Shown here piece by piece: positions 60,549-64,000 of a DNA stretch of 64,000 bases (position 1 is the first letter of the stretch; each line of letters opens with the position of its first letter). The translations under genes and the position numbers were made by a program. Origin of the DNA: Azolla caroliniana (Eukaryota > Plantae > Polypodiophyta); assembly GCA_043228905.1 (NCBI GenBank), contig JBHGNT010000001.1, forward strand, positions 18,414,001-18,478,000, given 5' to 3'. The notes beneath the pieces are model-generated. The model searched no databases. It worked only from the letters and a program-made list of their open reading frames with translations, and was not told the origin of the DNA.

Positions 60549-63500
60549 TGTAAAAGAATATGTTGTGCGGAAGCAATAGAAAACCGAACACAGAAATGCA
60601 GGTTTAATGGAGAGCTTAGAATACACAATACGTAGGAGAGACCGAGAGTGAGAGAGCACACAGAAACTCTATTAAAAAATAATACTCAATCTGTACATAG
60701 GATGTGCTCAGTGAGCACTTTTATACAAGTCCATACAGACTAGCAAAAGTACTGACACGTACTTCAATGCTCATAAGTGAGCTCTACACTAACTCCCAAA
60801 ATATATTCCTACACGGAATATCTTCTCAACGGCCTTGCGGTTTACGCACCGCTACGGCTTATCGTTGCGTACCGGTCTGTGCACCGGTTTACGCACCGGT
60901 TCGACCTAACCGATCAATCCCAACCGATCCGGTTCTTGGCTTGCACAGTCAATCCAACCAATGTTGAGCTTGTATCTCAACACTCCCCCTCAAGCTCAAC
61001 TTGAGGTTCCATCCGCTCTTCCGAATCTACGCTCTGGTTCTATCCAAAGGAGTTGAGACGGACTTCCAGTCGGCCATCCCGAATTTGAAGAGCATACTCA
61101 ACACGTAATGTCGTTGGCTGATTAGTATGCCTTCGAGAGTGTGACTCACTTCAATCCCGAGGAAGTAATGAAGGTCTCCCAGATCCTTCATGTCGAACGA
61201 TGTCGCAAGGTGAGACTTCACGCAGCGGATTTCGTCAGGGTCGGCACCGGTGATGACCAAGTCATGAACATAAAGTAAAATGCTAACCGGCCCGAGTCGA
61301 CCTTTCCGGATGAACAGTGAGGAGTCTAATTTTGATGTCGCAAAGCCCATCCGATGCAATCGTTGCGTGATCTTTGTGTTCCAGGCACGCAGGGCTTGCT
61401 TTAGTCTGTAAAGGGACTTCTTCAATGGGCACACCGCCGAAGTGTTCGTTCTGGAGTGAAATCCAGGGGGTTGTACCATGTACACCTGTTCCTCAAGCTC
61501 AACTTGCAGGAATGCATTCTTTACATCGATCTGATGTAAGTGCCACCCCTTCGCCGCTACTACGGCTAGTAGAACACGCACGGTGGTCACCTTCACGACA
61601 AGCGCGAAGGTCTCGTCGTAGTCGATGTCGTGTTGCTACGTGTAGCCTTTCGCCACTAACCGGGCTTTGTATCGGTTGACCGAGCCGTCGGTATTGTGCT
61701 TGACCTTGTACACCCACCTGCATCCGATCAGCTTCACACCCTTCGGTGTGTCAACTAGGTCCCAGGTTTCATTCTCTACCAATGTGTGCATCTCTTCCTG
61801 CATCGTAGCACGCCAATTCGCGTCCTTTGCCGTTTCTGCGTAGCTCTCCGGCTCACGCACTTCCACTACATGTGTCCTGTACGCATAGTGATGTGCCATG
61901 TACTCTTTGTAACCGAACCGCACAATAGGGTTCTTCTGGCGGGTAGATCGGTGTAATTACTCATTAGTAGATGTTGAGGCTTTCTTAGTCGACACAGACT
62001 TCACTCTCGAAGGCTTGACATCACTTCCCTTGGAGTCAGACTCACGTCGATCCGACTCGTGCCTATCCGTGCCGTAATCCGAAAACTTCTTCTTCCCTTT
62101 TTCCTTGCGCGTAAGCCATCTCCTCGACTTCCTACACGGGGAATGCACGACCGAGTCACCACTACCCGTCGGCTCTTCATCGGACTAGTCGAACCGACTC
62201 AGTCGTCCATTCGGTCCACTTAACCGAAACGAAATCAGACTCTCTTTGCGGGTCCCGATTTTAGGCTCATCCGGAGGCATCTCGGCCTCGCTGACCGGAG
62301 TCAGAGGCAAGTACCAGGATGCGAACTCGTCAAACAGAACGTCGCGGCTTACGCACGTCGATCCGACTCGTGCCTATCCGTGCCGTAATCCGAAAACTTC
62401 TTCTTCCCTTTTTCCTTGCGCGTAAGCCATCTCCTCGACTTCCTACACGGGGAATGCACGACCGAGTCACCACTACCCGTCGGCTCTTCATCGGACTAGT
62501 CGAACCGACTCAGTCGTCCATTCGGTCCACTTAACCGAAACGAAATCAGACTCTCTTTGCGGGTCCCGATTTTAGGCTCATCCGGAGGCATCTCGGCCTC
62601 GCTGACCGGAGTCAGAGGCAAGTACCAGGATGCGAACTCGTCAAACAGAACGTCGCGGCTTACGCACGTCGATCCGACTCGTGCCTATCCGTGCCGTAAT
62701 CCGAAAACTTCTTCTTCCCTTTTTCCTTGCGCGTAAGCCATCTCCTCGACTTCCTACACGGGGAATGCACGACCGAGTCACCACTACCCGTCGGCTCTTC
62801 ATCGGACTAGTCGAACCGACTCAGTCGTCCATTCGGTCCACTTAACCGAAACGAAATCAGACTCTCTTTGCGGGTCCCGATTTTAGGCTCATCCGGAGGC
62901 ATCTCGCCCTCGCTGACCGGAGTCAGAGACAAGTACCAGGATGCGAACTCGTCAAACAGAACGTCGCGGCTTACGCACGTCGATCCGACTCGTGCCTATC
63001 CGTGCCGTAATCCGAAAACTTCTTCTTCCCTTTTTCCTTGCGCGTAAGCCATCTCCTCGACTTCCTACACGGGGAATGCACGACCGAGTCACCACTACCC
63101 GTCGGCTCTTCATCGGACTAGTCGAACCGATTCAGTCGTCCATTCGGTCCACTTAACCGAAACGAAATCAGACTCTCTTTGCGGGTCCCGATTTTAGGCT
63201 CATCCGGAGGCATCTCGGCCTCGCTAACCGGAGTCAGAGACAAGTACTAGGATGCGAACTCGTCAAACAGAACGTCGTGGCATACGCGCGCTTGTTTGGT
63301 ACGAGGGTTATAACACTTATAACCCTTCTGCTCATCCGAATAGCCGACCAAGATACACTTCTCAGCTTTTGCGTCCAGCTTCCTCCGCTTCTTGTTTGGT
63401 ACATGCACATACGCAATGCTATCGAAAACCCTCAAGTGTCAGCTTCCTTCCGAAATATTGCTCATGCCCCGACACTTTGTCTCCGATCCGATTCTGGATG

Positions 63501-64000
63501 TATACCGTGGTTCGTACCGCCTCAGGCCAATAGAACTTGGGCAAGCTCTTTTCTTCCAGCATTGCCCGCACCACTTCCACAATCGATCGATTCTTCCTTT
63601 CGGCCACGCCATTTTGTTCTAGCGTATATCTGCAACTAAATTCGCGCTGAATTCCCATATGTTGCAGGTACCCGTAGAATTGACCAGAAAAGTACTCTTT
63701 TCCGCCATCCAACCGCAAGTGCTTGATCTTTCTTCATGTTTCCCTTTCAACAAAACTCTTGAGGTCCCGGAAACAGTAGAAGACTTCACTCTTCTTCTGA
63801 ATGAGGTAGATGCACGTGTGCCGCGTATAGTCATTGATGAAGGAGACGAAATATCGACTCCCGCCAAGACTAACATTCTGTGGCGGCCCCCATACATCGG
63901 AATGTATAAAGTCGAGCTTGTTCCGGCTCCGGTTATGCTCGTTAGGGAAAGGAAGTTGGTGTTGCTTCCCTAGCTGGCAGGCTTCACAAATTTCTGCCTT
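60549..64000 (-). mobile_element. Copia element K: INT, RT, 3' LTR 60549-60982; RNase H deleted; continues beyond the window
   Basis: INT EQNGVAERKNR..KLDAKAEKCILVGY, RT YKARLVAKGY, QIDVKNAFL, FDMKDLG..YFLGIE; PPT AGGGGGAG 60990-60983. Confidence 0.92.
62043..63286. repeat. 4 x 311-bp tandem array inside K
   Basis: CACGTCGATCCGACTCG at 62043, 62354, 62665 and 62976. Confidence 0.95.

Noticed and set aside
18798-63286. Similar periods (~314 and 311 bp) of duplications in F2 and K
   Set aside because: Unrelated sequences; treated as coincidence

Overview
Eukaryotic, almost certainly land-plant DNA: PBS motifs fit plant tRNA-Met(i) and tRNA-Trp, and the Tcn1-like chromovirus and non-angiosperm-like Ty3 families suggest a non-seed plant (inference). 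The window is a gene-free nest of retroelements, which I labelled for reference. Ty1/copia pieces and LTRs: A, B, C and K. Ty3/gypsy lineages: (i) small E elements with short LTRs, a tRNA-Ala-like PBS and 4-bp TSDs in TA/CA repeats; (ii) Athila-like F elements with an extra 3' ORF; (iii) a tRNA-Trp-primed group (G, H, the gag-only I and probably the D remnant) with 4-bp CpG-centred TSDs, nested F2>G>(H,I); (iv) a self-priming chromovirus J. There are also L1 and RTE LINE fragments and (CA/TA)-rich low-complexity DNA. The main unusual observation is that three unrelated LTRs (H, I, J) carry tRNA-derived A-box/B-box (Pol III promoter-like) cassettes in U3. All are antisense to the element, with conserved boxes and spacing but a degenerate anticodon arm. 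Boundaries and differences were read by eye; no searches were run.
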